Notes: generated by a model not told the origin, from the sequence alone. A stretch of DNA of 64,000 nt from Ignavibacteria bacterium (GCA_016191145.1 JACPPD010000003.1:352778-416777), one strand, 5' to 3'. Counted from the stretch's first letter, positions 1 to 10,190 are shown. Translations and numbers: made by a program.

Positions 1-278
1 GATGCCCGACGAATAATCTCCGGCGTAACAGTACTCTGATTACCGAGGCCAACAAGAATAAAACGTGGCGACGTAGCCGCGCTGCCAACATACCCAACTG
101 AAGTTGAAAATTTCTTGCCTGAAAAATCACCTGAGTCCAACAATGGCTGTAAATGAGGAATGCTGTCGATTAAATCCTTACGCTGAGATTTGAAGAGATT
201 CTCATCCTGGTAAATAAATATTACAACAGCATCGGCTTTTACTGATCTGCGGTTATCAATTGTGCATGAAACAGACAT
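1..278 (-). CDS. pepA: Leucyl aminopeptidase (M17), N-terminal part, truncated by the window edge
   Basis: Manual translation from ATG at 278: MSVSCTIDNRRSVKADAVVIFIYQDE...DSGDFSGKK...PRFILVGLGNQSTVTPEIIRRA. The DFxGK and ilLVGLG...E.iRrA motifs match the M17 N-terminal domain. The catalytic domain lies outside the window. Confidence 0.75.
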   Translation of the reverse strand, partial: MSVSCTIDNRRSVKADAVVIFIYQDENLFKSQRKDLIDSIPHLQPLLDSGDFSGKKFSTSVGYVGSAATSPRFILVGLGNQSTVTPEIIRRA

Positions 279-340
279 AAGTGAAGTTATGATTCGTGAA
301 TACTCAGTTGTTACAAGGCTACAAAATACGCCTGAGCCGA

Positions 341-2854
341 TTAAATGTCGGGATAAAACACCTGAAACAAGCGGAAGCTGACGTCGGGTTGTCTCTGTGT
401 TGGCAACCGTACATACCCACCTTTGAGCCATAATTGAAGCTGGTCGGTGTAGTGGGCATCAAGAGGCTGGCCAGACACACCTCCTGGCACAACACAGTAC
501 TGCACAGAGTCGCCCATGTCGGAAATGATGCGCATAGACTGCGTTACAGCAGTAGCGTATGGTTTGTAAATGGTCCATTCAGTATTAAAGATTGTTGTAG
601 AGCTGCCTCCAACTTCAAAAGGACCATGATTGATTACCGGTTCAAGTAGGGGATGATTACCCATGATATGGGCAAACGTTACGTGATGAAGCCGTCCGTA
701 AAGCCAATCATCCACACGGTCGGATTCAAACGTCATACGCAATTCATTAACGGCCTGGGTAAAGCTTCTGATGACAATCCACGACAAATCTTCTTTATCT
801 GAAGTTCGAATATCATCGAATAGTACATGTGTTGGATCATCGAGTAGTTCATCCATGCGTTTCAGAGCATTGCTGCCAACCAAACTCCAATCATAAAAAA
901 GTTGAGTACCAAGCTCGTCTTCAAATGTGTTCCACATCAACTTTTGGAGAAATACTGCATGAATTGCGGAAGCAGGATCAACAGTAGACTGTGTGCCATC
1001 CCATTTTACTAATGAGGCTAGCGCTGAGTGTTCGAGGTGTGTGAGACGCGACGACGCCCGATGTAAAATGGGGAGTATTCTCCTGTTAACAGAAATCGCA
1101 TACGGTGATACAAAATCGAGCTGCATAACCTGTGCATCTCGAACGCTCATGTCGCGATAAATATTCAGCAGTTGAACTATTCGCTGAATTCTCGAAGGGG
1201 GCTCGTAGAGCGTTGTAATGAAGGGATGAGTATTTGCAAATGTTCTGTTATTAGCGCTGGCCACGTAACCCGAATCTCGTTTTCTCAAGCTCCCAAGGGT
1301 TGAAAGTCGAATGTATCCACTCCAATCCTGTTCCGGCCTTAACGCGTCGATGGGAAGCAACGGATTGGTTTGACTGCGAAGCGGGACGATGCCCCCTACA
1401 ATTGTACCTACATTGCCTTTTACATCGCCAAAATGAAAGTTCAAGGCCGGAGTATTCCAGTTATCCAAGGCTTCGAAAGCTTCGTCGATAGTTGAAGCAG
1501 AATTTATGCGATAGAGTGAACCAATTTCGTTTGAAGCCTTGCTGCCTGTCCAGCGAAATGTCAGGCATTCATCCGAAGCAGAACTGCTTGTCTGCTTACG
1601 ATGAATTGTGAGACGCTCTGAGCTGCGGCTTAACGAATGCACGTCCGACAGAACGCACGACCGATTTGTAAATCGAAGATCGATAAGTGAGTCGGGTTCG
1701 TCCTTGACTTTAATTGTGTCTCGTCTGAACCTGAACTTTGAACGCGTCCCGCTGGAACTGTAATAATAGTTTGGATTTGTAGAGTCGATCTGTTCAACAA
1801 AGTAATCAACGTCATCTGCCAGTGTATTTGTAACACCCCATGCGATGCTGTCGTTGCGACCCGACACCACAAACGGAATTCCAGGAATACTGAATCCGAT
1901 TACGTTAAATCTATCGGCAGTAAGATGGTTTGGATACCACTGTGTTGGCATAGAAACGCTAAGATGCGGATCGTTGGCCAGAATAGTTCCAGAAGATCCG
2001 TGGCTGACTGCCCAACAATTACTGCCCGAAGCACTGCCTTCGATGCCAAGCGTGCTTTTCACTTCTGCCAGATTTCGCAGCATTGATTCAAAGAGAGATC
2101 CAAGCTCGTTGATCGTTGAATCTGAAATCGCAGATGTCTGCATCTGACGCTCATATCGAATAGAGTCCAGTACAAAGGGAGGACTCACATTCTGTGACAG
2201 ATAATCGCTCATGGCTGCCGTACCGCGCTGGGCCGCAATTCTGGCGTAAGCAACGTCGTTCCAAAACGCAAGACTCAGCTCAAACGAAACCACGCGCTCA
2301 ACAATCAGGCAATCCACGGGCGTCCATACAGAAGGTTTGTATCGGAGAGCATCAAACTCAAACGGTAGACTCTCACTGTATTCATTGATAAATTTAGTTA
2401 CACCACGAGCATAGCTCTCCAATTGATGTTTCGTAGTAGTATCGAGAGATTCAAACTGGTGCTTCGCTATTCCTTCTATATCAATTGCCCGCATAAAAAT
2501 GTCTACACTGGCGGCCTGTCTGCCCAAGACCTCTGCCAAATGCCCCCTGCCAATCCGACGCCAAATATCCATTTGCCACAGCCTGTCCTGGGCGTGGACG
2601 AAACCTTGCGAAAACAACACATCATCAATATTTTTACCAATGATGTGCGGTATTCCAAACGAATTGCGATAGATGAGAACGCTATCCTGAACTCGCGCGG
2701 TGTCCGAACTGTATGGCTTAGGGTGGCTTCTTGTTGCGAGATTAACGGAAAAGTATGTAACGCTGACGATGAGAACTGCAGTAGTTACCGTAATGCCAAT
2801 GGTTCCCTGCAGCCACGAACGCAAGTTCACAGCCACCCCTGTGCTCTGTACCAC
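341..2854 (-). CDS. Penicillin acylase family Ntn-hydrolase (peptidase S45), N-terminally anchored
   Basis: Motifs GIPHI, QGFVHAQDRLWQMD, nucleophile site GSNCWAV...LANDPHL, GRNDSIAWGVTN and PGGVSGQP...HYTDQL; hydrophobic N-terminal segment. Confidence 0.93.
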   Translation of the reverse strand: MVQSTGVAVNLRSWLQGTIGITVTTAVLIVSVTYFSVNLATRSHPKPYSSDTARVQDSVLIYRNSFGIPHIIGKNIDDVLFSQGFVHAQDRLWQMDIWRRIGRGHLAEVLGRQAASVDIFMRAIDIEGIAKHQFESLDTTTKHQLESYARGVTKFINEYSESLPFEFDALRYKPSVWTPVDCLIVERVVSFELSLAFWNDVAYARIAAQRGTAAMSDYLSQNVSPPFVLDSIRYERQMQTSAISDSTINELGSLFESMLRNLAEVKSTLGIEGSASGSNCWAVSHGSSGTILANDPHLSVSMPTQWYPNHLTADRFNVIGFSIPGIPFVVSGRNDSIAWGVTNTLADDVDYFVEQIDSTNPNYYYSSSGTRSKFRFRRDTIKVKDEPDSLIDLRFTNRSCVLSDVHSLSRSSERLTIHRKQTSSSASDECLTFRWTGSKASNEIGSLYRINSASTIDEAFEALDNWNTPALNFHFGDVKGNVGTIVGGIVPLRSQTNPLLPIDALRPEQDWSGYIRLSTLGSLRKRDSGYVASANNRTFANTHPFITTLYEPPSRIQRIVQLLNIYRDMSVRDAQVMQLDFVSPYAISVNRRILPILHRASSRLTHLEHSALASLVKWDGTQSTVDPASAIHAVFLQKLMWNTFEDELGTQLFYDWSLVGSNALKRMDELLDDPTHVLFDDIRTSDKEDLSWIVIRSFTQAVNELRMTFESDRVDDWLYGRLHHVTFAHIMGNHPLLEPVINHGPFEVGGSSTTIFNTEWTIYKPYATAVTQSMRIISDMGDSVQYCVVPGGVSGQPLDAHYTDQLQLWLKGGYVRLPTQRQPDVSFRLFQVFYPDI

Positions 2855-3813
2855 ACAACGGTTTCGGTTATGCCTTCGTTCAACGATACTTCCTGGCGGT
2901 AGCCAATCTCCCGCTTGGCCTTGTCAGTGCTGCAAATCCAATTCTGTTGGATGAGATCAATTCCTTTTTCATAATCAAGAACGGGTGGCTTTCCCATGAG
3001 TTTGCCAAAGAATCCAACTGTGCCGGCAATACCGAGTACAACTGTATGCGGTACTCTAATTGTTGAAAGCCTTCGTCTGCCCATTACAGCTGCAGTTAGT
3101 GTTGATATTTCGCTCCACGAATAAAATTTTTCTGAGCCAATGTAATACGTCTGGCCAATTGCGCGCTCATGCAATGCAGCGTCGACGATACCCCGTGCCA
3201 GATCCCGAATGTGAACCATGCTCACAGATTTTTCATTAAAACCAATCAATGGGGATATGCCAGCTTTGATGACCTGAAAAAATGTCAGTGTTGCTTCGTC
3301 GCGCGGGCCATAAACGGTGGGTGGACGTACAATGGTACAGTTGATGTCCTGCATGGCCTCTATTACAACTTTTTCAGCGGCCATTTTTGTTCGTCCGTAT
3401 GCCGTGATTGGATTGTAAGGGGCGTGTTCGTCTACAGGGGCAGCCGTACTTGGCGATGGTCCTCCAACGGCAAGAGAACTGATGTGGACAAAACGCCGAA
3501 GGTTGGGCTGATAGGTGCGGATTGCATCTACGATATTTTGTGTTGCATCCCGATTGCCGCGAAGAAATTCTGCTTCGTTCTTTGCTGCAATCAAGCCAGC
3601 AACGTGAATAACAATATCGGCCTGAGAAACAGCTTCGCGTAACGATGTATGGTCAAACAATGAGCCATCGACGCGTCGAACAGGCTTGCTGTCGAGCCAT
3701 CGCATCTTGCTCGTCGATCTCGCAATAAAGGATACATCAAGCCCGCGCTCTAAAAGTACATCGACGACATGACTGCCAACAAAACCCGTTGCTCCAGTAA
3801 CCAGTACGTTCAC
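2827..3813 (-). CDS. NAD-dependent epimerase/dehydratase (extended SDR)
   Basis: VTGATGFVGS Rossmann motif, YGRTK catalytic YxxxK, RPPTVYGP. Confidence 0.92.
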   Translation of the reverse strand: MNVLVTGATGFVGSHVVDVLLERGLDVSFIARSTSKMRWLDSKPVRRVDGSLFDHTSLREAVSQADIVIHVAGLIAAKNEAEFLRGNRDATQNIVDAIRTYQPNLRRFVHISSLAVGGPSPSTAAPVDEHAPYNPITAYGRTKMAAEKVVIEAMQDINCTIVRPPTVYGPRDEATLTFFQVIKAGISPLIGFNEKSVSMVHIRDLARGIVDAALHERAIGQTYYIGSEKFYSWSEISTLTAAVMGRRRLSTIRVPHTVVLGIAGTVGFFGKLMGKPPVLDYEKGIDLIQQNWICSTDKAKREIGYRQEVSLNEGITETVVWYRAQGWL

Positions 3814-3852
3814 GCATGCTCCACGAATTGAACCCGAAAATACAACCTGCCT

Positions 3853-3879
3853 TCAGCACATCACCGAACTATGTGCTGA
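3853..3879. promoter_or_regulatory. 9-bp perfect inverted repeat, candidate operator upstream of the epimerase gene
   Basis: tcagcacat (3853-3861), 9-nt spacer, atgtgctga (3871-3879), about 40-65 bp upstream of the start at 3813. Confidence 0.35.
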
Positions 3880-4028
3880 GTGGTTGATGTGCGGAAACAT
3901 CCGTATTTCTAAGCTTAACGATGCTACCAGCTGTATCTCACCCGGTGTTTCTCCCGGTGTTTCTCCCGGCACATTTCGAAGAAAGGTTGTCATGTCTGTT
4001 TTGCAACTCACCTCGCCCCTGCGGGGCA

Positions 4029-4417
4029 CCCCTCTCCGTGAGCAGCGGGGGCTGGGGGTGAGTTCTTAAACACGATACCCCCTCTCCGTGAGCAGCGGGG
4101 GCCGGGGGTGAGTTCCTGTGCACGAAGCCCATCCCCCTCTCCGTGAGCAGCGGGGGCTGGGGGTGAGGTCGGCGATACCCCCTCTCCGAGAGGAGCGGGG
4201 GCTGGGGGTGAGTTCTTAAACACGATACCCCCTCTCCGTGAGCAGCGGGGGCTGGGGGTGAGTTCTTAAACACGATACCCCCTCTCCGAGAGGAGAGGGG
4301 GCTGGGGGTGAGTTCCTGTGCACGAAGCCCAGCCCCCTCTCCATGAGCAGAGGGGGCCGGGGGTGAGTTCCAATGCACGAAACCCAATCTCCGTGAGGAG
4401 AAGGGGCTGGGAGTGAG
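4029..4417. repeat. Array of 8 REP-like hairpin units (34-nt core) separated by recurring 11-21-nt linkers
   Basis: Core cccctctccgWgagSagMgggggcYgggggtgag starts at 4029, 4079, 4134, 4179, 4229, 4279 and 4334, with a degenerate copy at about 4388. Copy 6 is a perfect stem, cccctctcc-gaga-ggagagggg. Confidence 0.95.
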
Positions 4418-4472
4418 ATGCAATGCACGAAGTCCCGGCTCCGTAAGGCAACTCCTCCCGACGGCACAAACC

Positions 4473-6176
4473 TTAACCAATGTATTGCGGATAATTCGCG
4501 CGCAGCCAAAGCATGGCGCCGCCAAATACATCTTGCAGTGTTTTCTCCAAGAACGGTGACGAGAGATTTCCGGTTTCAACAATCTGAAGAAACGATTGAC
4601 TGCCCCCTACATCGCAAATCTTAAGATATTCCTTGAAAGCATTTTCCTTATCCTCAATGGATTTTTTCCAGATCTGCAGAGCGCAAGTTTGTGCTAGCGC
4701 ATAATCGATGTAGTAAAAGGGGCTTTCATAAATATGCTTCTGAAACTGCCACTGACGGCCCTCGCCCGCTTCAGGTATTTCTGAAGCGTCGCGCCATGGT
4801 AGATACTTCTTCTCCATTTCATTCCACCTTCTGCAACGTGCTGTAGGACCTGCTTCCGGGTTAGCGTAAACCCAATGCTGAAATTCGTCTACTGCACAGG
4901 CATAGGGCAAGAATTTAATTGCACCTGAAAGATGATAGAATTTGAATTTCTCTGTTTGATCGCCAAAGAAATACTTCATCCATGGCCAAGTAATGAATTC
5001 CATTCCCATTGAGTGAATTTCGCACGCTTCCGTTGTGGGCCACAGGTATTCTGGAACCATGAGATTTTTACTCCTGTATGCTTGAAAAGCATGACCCGCT
5101 TCGTGCGTAAGAACTTCAACATCGTGTGTAGTTCCATTGAAGTTGGCAAAAATGAAAGGCAGCCGATATTCCGGGAAGCTGGTGCAATAGCCGCCAACAG
5201 CCTTGTTGTCCCGGCTTTTTAAATCCATTAGTCTGGCACCAGACAATGCGCTGAAGAACTCATTTGTTTCAGGAGAAAGTTCCGAATACATTTTCTCAGC
5301 GGCGCCAACAATGAAATCATACTCGCCTTCAACATTAGGATTCCCATCTGCGAAATCAAGCTTCTCATCATAAATCGTCAATGTATCCAACCCGAGCCTC
5401 TTGCGCTGTGCTTCTCGAATGCTAACCGAAAGCGGAACAACGTATTCGAGAACCTTGTTGCGAAATACCTCTACGTCTTTAGGTGTGTAATCTACCCGAC
5501 CCATCTCTGCGTATCGCAACTCAGTATACGATTGAAAACCAAGGCGCCTGGCTTTTTCGACCCGAATCTTAACGAGCTTGTCGTATATGGTATCTAACTC
5601 CTGCGCATGATTGCCTAAAAACGTGTACGAAGCCTCCGTAGCCCTTCTGCGGCGATCACGGTTTGTTTCAACAACTACTGCACCTATCGTTGATAGATTA
5701 TACTCCATGCCATCCAGCTCAATTATTCCGCTGGCGGTAATTTCATTGTAACTATTGTTAAGATTAGCTTCTTCAACCATCAATTCCTTTATCTCGGGTG
5801 AGAACGTACGGAGTGAATTCTCAATGATTTTAAGGAATATCTCGCCAAATTCTTCAGCAACTTCCTTTCTGAAAGGGGATGCAAGAATTACCTTTTCAAC
5901 CTCAACGTTCCACTCTGTAATCGTAGGTGAGTTTACATCGTAAAAGTGCTTTTCAGCTTTGTGCCCCTGATTTGACACGTCGAGCGAATAGTTCACCTCT
6001 GCCAGATTTACCATCGTCATTACATGCATCCGCATTTCATTCCATTTGTGAATGGCATCGATAACCAACCAGCTATCCGTTGCCTGGGCGATGACTTTCT
6101 TTGCTTCATTGCATGCCGATTCGATGTCTGAAAGGATCAGTCGTTCGTATTTGAGCTCACTGAATTGTTGTGGCAT
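4473..6176 (-). CDS. M3B family oligoendopeptidase (PepF-like)
   Basis: HEAGH zinc motif, EACEIHSMGME, GGYCT, PFYYIDYALAQ. Confidence 0.93.
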   Translation of the reverse strand: MPQQFSELKYERLILSDIESACNEAKKVIAQATDSWLVIDAIHKWNEMRMHVMTMVNLAEVNYSLDVSNQGHKAEKHFYDVNSPTITEWNVEVEKVILASPFRKEVAEEFGEIFLKIIENSLRTFSPEIKELMVEEANLNNSYNEITASGIIELDGMEYNLSTIGAVVVETNRDRRRRATEASYTFLGNHAQELDTIYDKLVKIRVEKARRLGFQSYTELRYAEMGRVDYTPKDVEVFRNKVLEYVVPLSVSIREAQRKRLGLDTLTIYDEKLDFADGNPNVEGEYDFIVGAAEKMYSELSPETNEFFSALSGARLMDLKSRDNKAVGGYCTSFPEYRLPFIFANFNGTTHDVEVLTHEAGHAFQAYRSKNLMVPEYLWPTTEACEIHSMGMEFITWPWMKYFFGDQTEKFKFYHLSGAIKFLPYACAVDEFQHWVYANPEAGPTARCRRWNEMEKKYLPWRDASEIPEAGEGRQWQFQKHIYESPFYYIDYALAQTCALQIWKKSIEDKENAFKEYLKICDVGGSQSFLQIVETGNLSSPFLEKTLQDVFGGAMLWLRANYPQYIG

Positions 6177-6196
6177 GAAATTCCTATGTGATTAAG

Positions 6197-7978
6197 TTAT
6201 GCGTCGCCGCGAAGTTTTCTTATACGTTCACGCGCCGACGGAGCAAGGATACTGCGCGGATACTGAACGAGGAGCGACGTCAGTGCTGCGATGGCACCTT
6301 GAACGTCTCCGCGACGTTCCAGTACGTCTGCCGTAATTATCAAAGCCTTGTCCCCGTAGATAGTATCTGGGATTCTATCGAGAATGGCTACGAGTTGTGA
6401 ATCGGCAGCCTCTTGTTGTCCCAACTTAACAAAGCATTGTGCAGCTTCGATCCGACTTCTGTCCCGGATTTCATTATCTCTTGCCTCTGAAACTGTTGCT
6501 ACAAAAATGCGTGACGCTTCTTCGGTCTTTCTTCTTGACAGCGCATGCAGGCCACGCACGATGCCATTTACACCAACACTGTCATCTTGTTCAAGCATCA
6601 ATAAAGCAATTTTTTCCAACGCATCGTTTGCGGCAGGGGACCCGGGTGATGCAGCAAGGGACGCATACATGCTCCTTGCCGAATCTTTGTTGCCCTGAAA
6701 TAGAACGATATCGGCTCTCCGCAGCCGGGCAAGATCGCGCCTCTCTGAATTCATCGGGTTACGATCGGCGTCGGCAACTGCCAGTGCCGACAATGCACCT
6801 TCCACCTGATCCACGGAAAGGTAAAGATCGGCCAGTCTCAATGCACCGTCAACCGAAGCTGTTGTGCCGCTCCATCGGTTGATAAGCTTTGTTAACAACT
6901 CAATTGCCTCACGTGTTTTACCTAGAACATCGTCCATTAGCACTGCAGCGCGATACATTGCATCGGCTGACAGAGGATGCTCCGAATACGCCGCGGCAAT
7001 GGAATTGTACCGTTCAACCACAGCGGTTGCGACAGCTTTGTCTATGGTTTGAGCAGATCGCACCTTCTGATCGAGTGTTTGAGCAATACCGTAGGCTGCA
7101 GACAAAGACACATGCCTGTCGCCTCCTGAATCGATCAGTAATCCGTAGGCTTGAATTGCAACATCATAAGCGCCTTCGGCTCGCGCCGCATCGGCAAACA
7201 TTAACATCTCCGAACCACGCTGACCAGATTCTGCATCGAGTTCCTTGGTAATGATAAGCGCCTGTTCCCATTGGCCTGTATGCCGATAGTACCATTGTTT
7301 AATAAAATTGATTTCAGCGATGTTAGTTGCCGACATTATAACTGAGCCAACGGCAGTCGATGCCGTGTCGGACGTCATTAATGCCGACAATCGTCCATAT
7401 GTCAAGGCTAACTCGCCCTGTTGTTGGTGCGCCTTTAAGATTTCTTCGGCAGCTTTTGCAACCTGACCGGTAGTGGAATACAACAGCGATAGTTCCAAAG
7501 CAAAGTCAAGGTCATCATCGCTCTTGCTTCGTGCCGTCAGGTATGAAGCAATGGCTCGATCATTCAGAAAGAACTCGGACTGCTGCCGTGCTATTGCAGC
7601 CCACGCTGCGCTGCCATCGTTACCCAAATCACGTACCTTCGACCACCATTGTTCTGCTGCCTCCACCTTCCCAATTTTTAGACAGGCGGCAGAGGCAAGC
7701 AGCGCCGTTGTCCGCGATGGAACTGCTTTGAATCGCTTTTCAATTAGAGGGAGAAGCCCGGAGTATTGTTTTAGGCCATCAAAGGTTCTTACCAAGCCTT
7801 CGAAGGCAGCAGCATTGGTAGGACTGGCATCAAAGAGTTCCAGGTAAATGCGTGCTGCGCTCCGCAAATCTCCACTCTGCTCGTATGCTTTCGCATAACT
7901 GAGCTGGTCCTGACCCAACAGAAATAGAGTTGAACCAAATAACAGCACTATTGAAGCAACCAAAACTCGAAGCGTCAT
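6197..7978 (-). CDS. Secreted tetratricopeptide-repeat protein
   Basis: Signal peptide followed by many Ala-rich helical TPR-like repeats; the ending LLVQYPRSILAPSARERIRKLRGD resembles Bacteroidota TPR proteins. Confidence 0.8.
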   Translation of the reverse strand: MTLRVLVASIVLLFGSTLFLLGQDQLSYAKAYEQSGDLRSAARIYLELFDASPTNAAAFEGLVRTFDGLKQYSGLLPLIEKRFKAVPSRTTALLASAACLKIGKVEAAEQWWSKVRDLGNDGSAAWAAIARQQSEFFLNDRAIASYLTARSKSDDDLDFALELSLLYSTTGQVAKAAEEILKAHQQQGELALTYGRLSALMTSDTASTAVGSVIMSATNIAEINFIKQWYYRHTGQWEQALIITKELDAESGQRGSEMLMFADAARAEGAYDVAIQAYGLLIDSGGDRHVSLSAAYGIAQTLDQKVRSAQTIDKAVATAVVERYNSIAAAYSEHPLSADAMYRAAVLMDDVLGKTREAIELLTKLINRWSGTTASVDGALRLADLYLSVDQVEGALSALAVADADRNPMNSERRDLARLRRADIVLFQGNKDSARSMYASLAASPGSPAANDALEKIALLMLEQDDSVGVNGIVRGLHALSRRKTEEASRIFVATVSEARDNEIRDRSRIEAAQCFVKLGQQEAADSQLVAILDRIPDTIYGDKALIITADVLERRGDVQGAIAALTSLLVQYPRSILAPSARERIRKLRGDA

Positions 7979-9171
7979 TCGATACCAAATAGGGGAATGA
8001 TGGATTTCTGAACGGGACTGCTGGGAACACTTACACTCCCGTCCGGATGAACGATAATTCCTATTTCCGTACGAAGACCAAGAACATTGTCTATGTAGAC
8101 GCCTGGTTCAATAGAGAACGACATACCCGGAATTATCTGACGAGTGTCGTGCGTTTCAAAATTGTCCATGTTCGCGCCCGGACCATGAATTTCCGTTGTA
8201 ATGTTATGGCCTGTTCGATGAATGTAATTAGAACCCATGCTTCCTGCCTCTATTACAGAGCGGCAGGCATCGTCTACTTCGTAACCATAAACTGGTTTAT
8301 TTTCTTTGAATCGATCTTTTACAAGATCTGTTGCTGCATCCCGGCCATTGACGATGAGTCTGAATGTATGCTCAACGTCGTCGGGGACTTCACGTCCGGT
8401 GTATGCCACCCATGTAAGATCGGCATACACGGAACCGGGCGCCTTGTTCTTTGCCCATGCATCAATTAACACAATTTGATTCATATCAATCTCTGATGAA
8501 TCTGAAATCGTTGGCTCGTAATGCGGCTTCGAGGCATTAGGACCAATGGCAACAATGGGGAATGCTTCAGTGACGAGCTCGTGCCGTTCGAATTCATTCA
8601 GAATAAATCGTTGAACGTCGTATTCAGTAACTCGATCGCCATCAGTTAACTTTTTTCGAATCAATTCAAATGCGCTGTGAATAATATCACGAACCAGCCC
8701 TGCAGAAACCTCAGCACCGGCAAGTTGTTCTTCCGAGAGAACGGCGGTAAACTTTTGCACGATATCACCAGAACTCACCACGTCGTGCCCGAACATCCTC
8801 AATAGCTCAACAATGCCAGCATCGACCTTCGAGACAACTGGAATGGCATTGTTGGGTGAATACTCCATAGCAATTTTTTTGAAGGGGGCGGTCAGCTCGC
8901 GTATTGCATTCTCCCATTCTTCATGTCGTGCATACAGAGTCTCATCAATCTTAATGTGATTCAGCGGGTCCTGTTCCATTTTGTGTACAATCTTGTGGGG
9001 TTTGCCGTGAGCAGGAACAACAACCATCCACCGACGCGTGCAATGGTGATCGTTTGATACACCAAGCATCGACCACGCAAGATCATTCGTTTTGCGGAAG
9101 TCGTATATGGCCCAGGCATCTGCGCCATAGGAACGTATGGCTTCCTGCATTTTTGTGAAATCGACTCTCAT
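7975..9171 (-). CDS. M24 family metallopeptidase (Xaa-Pro aminopeptidase-like)
   Basis: PHYEP, LIDAWAK...YADLT, HRTGHNI, FSIEPGVY and GLRTE pita-bread fold metal ligands. Confidence 0.92.
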   Translation of the reverse strand: MRVDFTKMQEAIRSYGADAWAIYDFRKTNDLAWSMLGVSNDHHCTRRWMVVVPAHGKPHKIVHKMEQDPLNHIKIDETLYARHEEWENAIRELTAPFKKIAMEYSPNNAIPVVSKVDAGIVELLRMFGHDVVSSGDIVQKFTAVLSEEQLAGAEVSAGLVRDIIHSAFELIRKKLTDGDRVTEYDVQRFILNEFERHELVTEAFPIVAIGPNASKPHYEPTISDSSEIDMNQIVLIDAWAKNKAPGSVYADLTWVAYTGREVPDDVEHTFRLIVNGRDAATDLVKDRFKENKPVYGYEVDDACRSVIEAGSMGSNYIHRTGHNITTEIHGPGANMDNFETHDTRQIIPGMSFSIEPGVYIDNVLGLRTEIGIIVHPDGSVSVPSSPVQKSIIPLFGIE

Positions 9172-10190
9172 AACTTTTCCTTAACAATAATGTTTAAGCG
9201 CTGAAGAAATCTGTGAACGGCGGCCGATGGTGGTACCAGTCCGTTGCTGACTTGGACATACAACTGTGCAAGTTTATTGGATAGTTCCCTGTCCATTGTG
9301 AGAAAACGCGTCAGCGATCTCTTCATCATCTCATCAAAGCACCGTCGTAGCTGAATATTTCGTTCAGATTCAATTGTGCTGCGCCGTTGCGGTGAAAAAA
9401 ATTGATCAACAACCTCGTGCAATGCTGTAAGACCGTCAGATGATGTTGCGCTTATCGAAATCACCGGCGACTTCCACTCGCTTCGCGATGCCATCATTAG
9501 TCTCAGGGCCGAGGCGTACACAGCCAACGTTTTACTCGCCGCTGCCATATCCAGATCCATCTTCGTTATGGCAACTACATCTGCAACTTCCATGATACCT
9601 CGCTTAATCCCCTGAACCTCATCTCCCGATGACGGCATCACGAGAAGAATAACGAGATCAACAAGGTTTGCAGTTTCTGTTGCGCTCTGTCCTACGCCAA
9701 CGGTCTCAACAATCACGGTGTCGAAGCCGGCGGCTTCGCACACGAGAATGGCATCAGGAGTTGAATCCGACGTGCCGCTGTACGATTGCTTTGAGGGCGA
9801 CGGGCGAATGAATGCTGCGTCGCGTACAGAAAGTTTTGGCATTCGAACTTTGTCGCCAAGAATACTTCCGCCGGTTTTAGGCGACGATGGGTCGACGGCC
9901 AACACAGCTATGCGATGCCCCCTTCCAATCAAATCGAGTCCGAACTGTTCAACGAGCGTGCTCTTGCCAACGCCAGGAGCTCCTGTGATGCCGATTCGCC
10001 GAGAGGGAGTCTGCACGCCCTCAGCTTTTCGTTTGCTGTGCCACACGGCAATGCGCTCGAGCAACGATGCAGCAGCATCCTTATCGGAACGGTGCGTGCT
10101 TTCAATCAACGATAGTGATTGCGCAAGTGAACGTCGATCCCCACGCATCAACCCATCAAATACGGAATCGATGTTCCCGCCATGTGTCAT
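9168..10190 (-). CDS. meaB: Methylmalonyl-CoA mutase-associated GTPase MeaB (ArgK/LAO family)
   Basis: GITGAPGVGKST, VLAVDPSSPKTGGSILGDKVRM, FIRPSPS, VETVGVGQS, GDEVQGIKRGIME. Confidence 0.95.
   Translation of the reverse strand: MTHGGNIDSVFDGLMRGDRRSLAQSLSLIESTHRSDKDAAASLLERIAVWHSKRKAEGVQTPSRRIGITGAPGVGKSTLVEQFGLDLIGRGHRIAVLAVDPSSPKTGGSILGDKVRMPKLSVRDAAFIRPSPSKQSYSGTSDSTPDAILVCEAAGFDTVIVETVGVGQSATETANLVDLVILLVMPSSGDEVQGIKRGIMEVADVVAITKMDLDMAAASKTLAVYASALRLMMASRSEWKSPVISISATSSDGLTALHEVVDQFFSPQRRSTIESERNIQLRRCFDEMMKRSLTRFLTMDRELSNKLAQLYVQVSNGLVPPSAAVHRFLQRLNIIVKEKL

Noticed and set aside
4029..4417. CRISPR array
   Set aside because: Linkers are only 11-21 nt and recur (three are identical), the repeats vary internally, and there is no AT-rich leader or cas gene.
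3938..4582. 214-aa ORF and other short ORFs over the repeat array
   Set aside because: The Pro-rich repetitive translations arise from the DNA repeat in several frames, and the ORF overlaps the oligoendopeptidase end.
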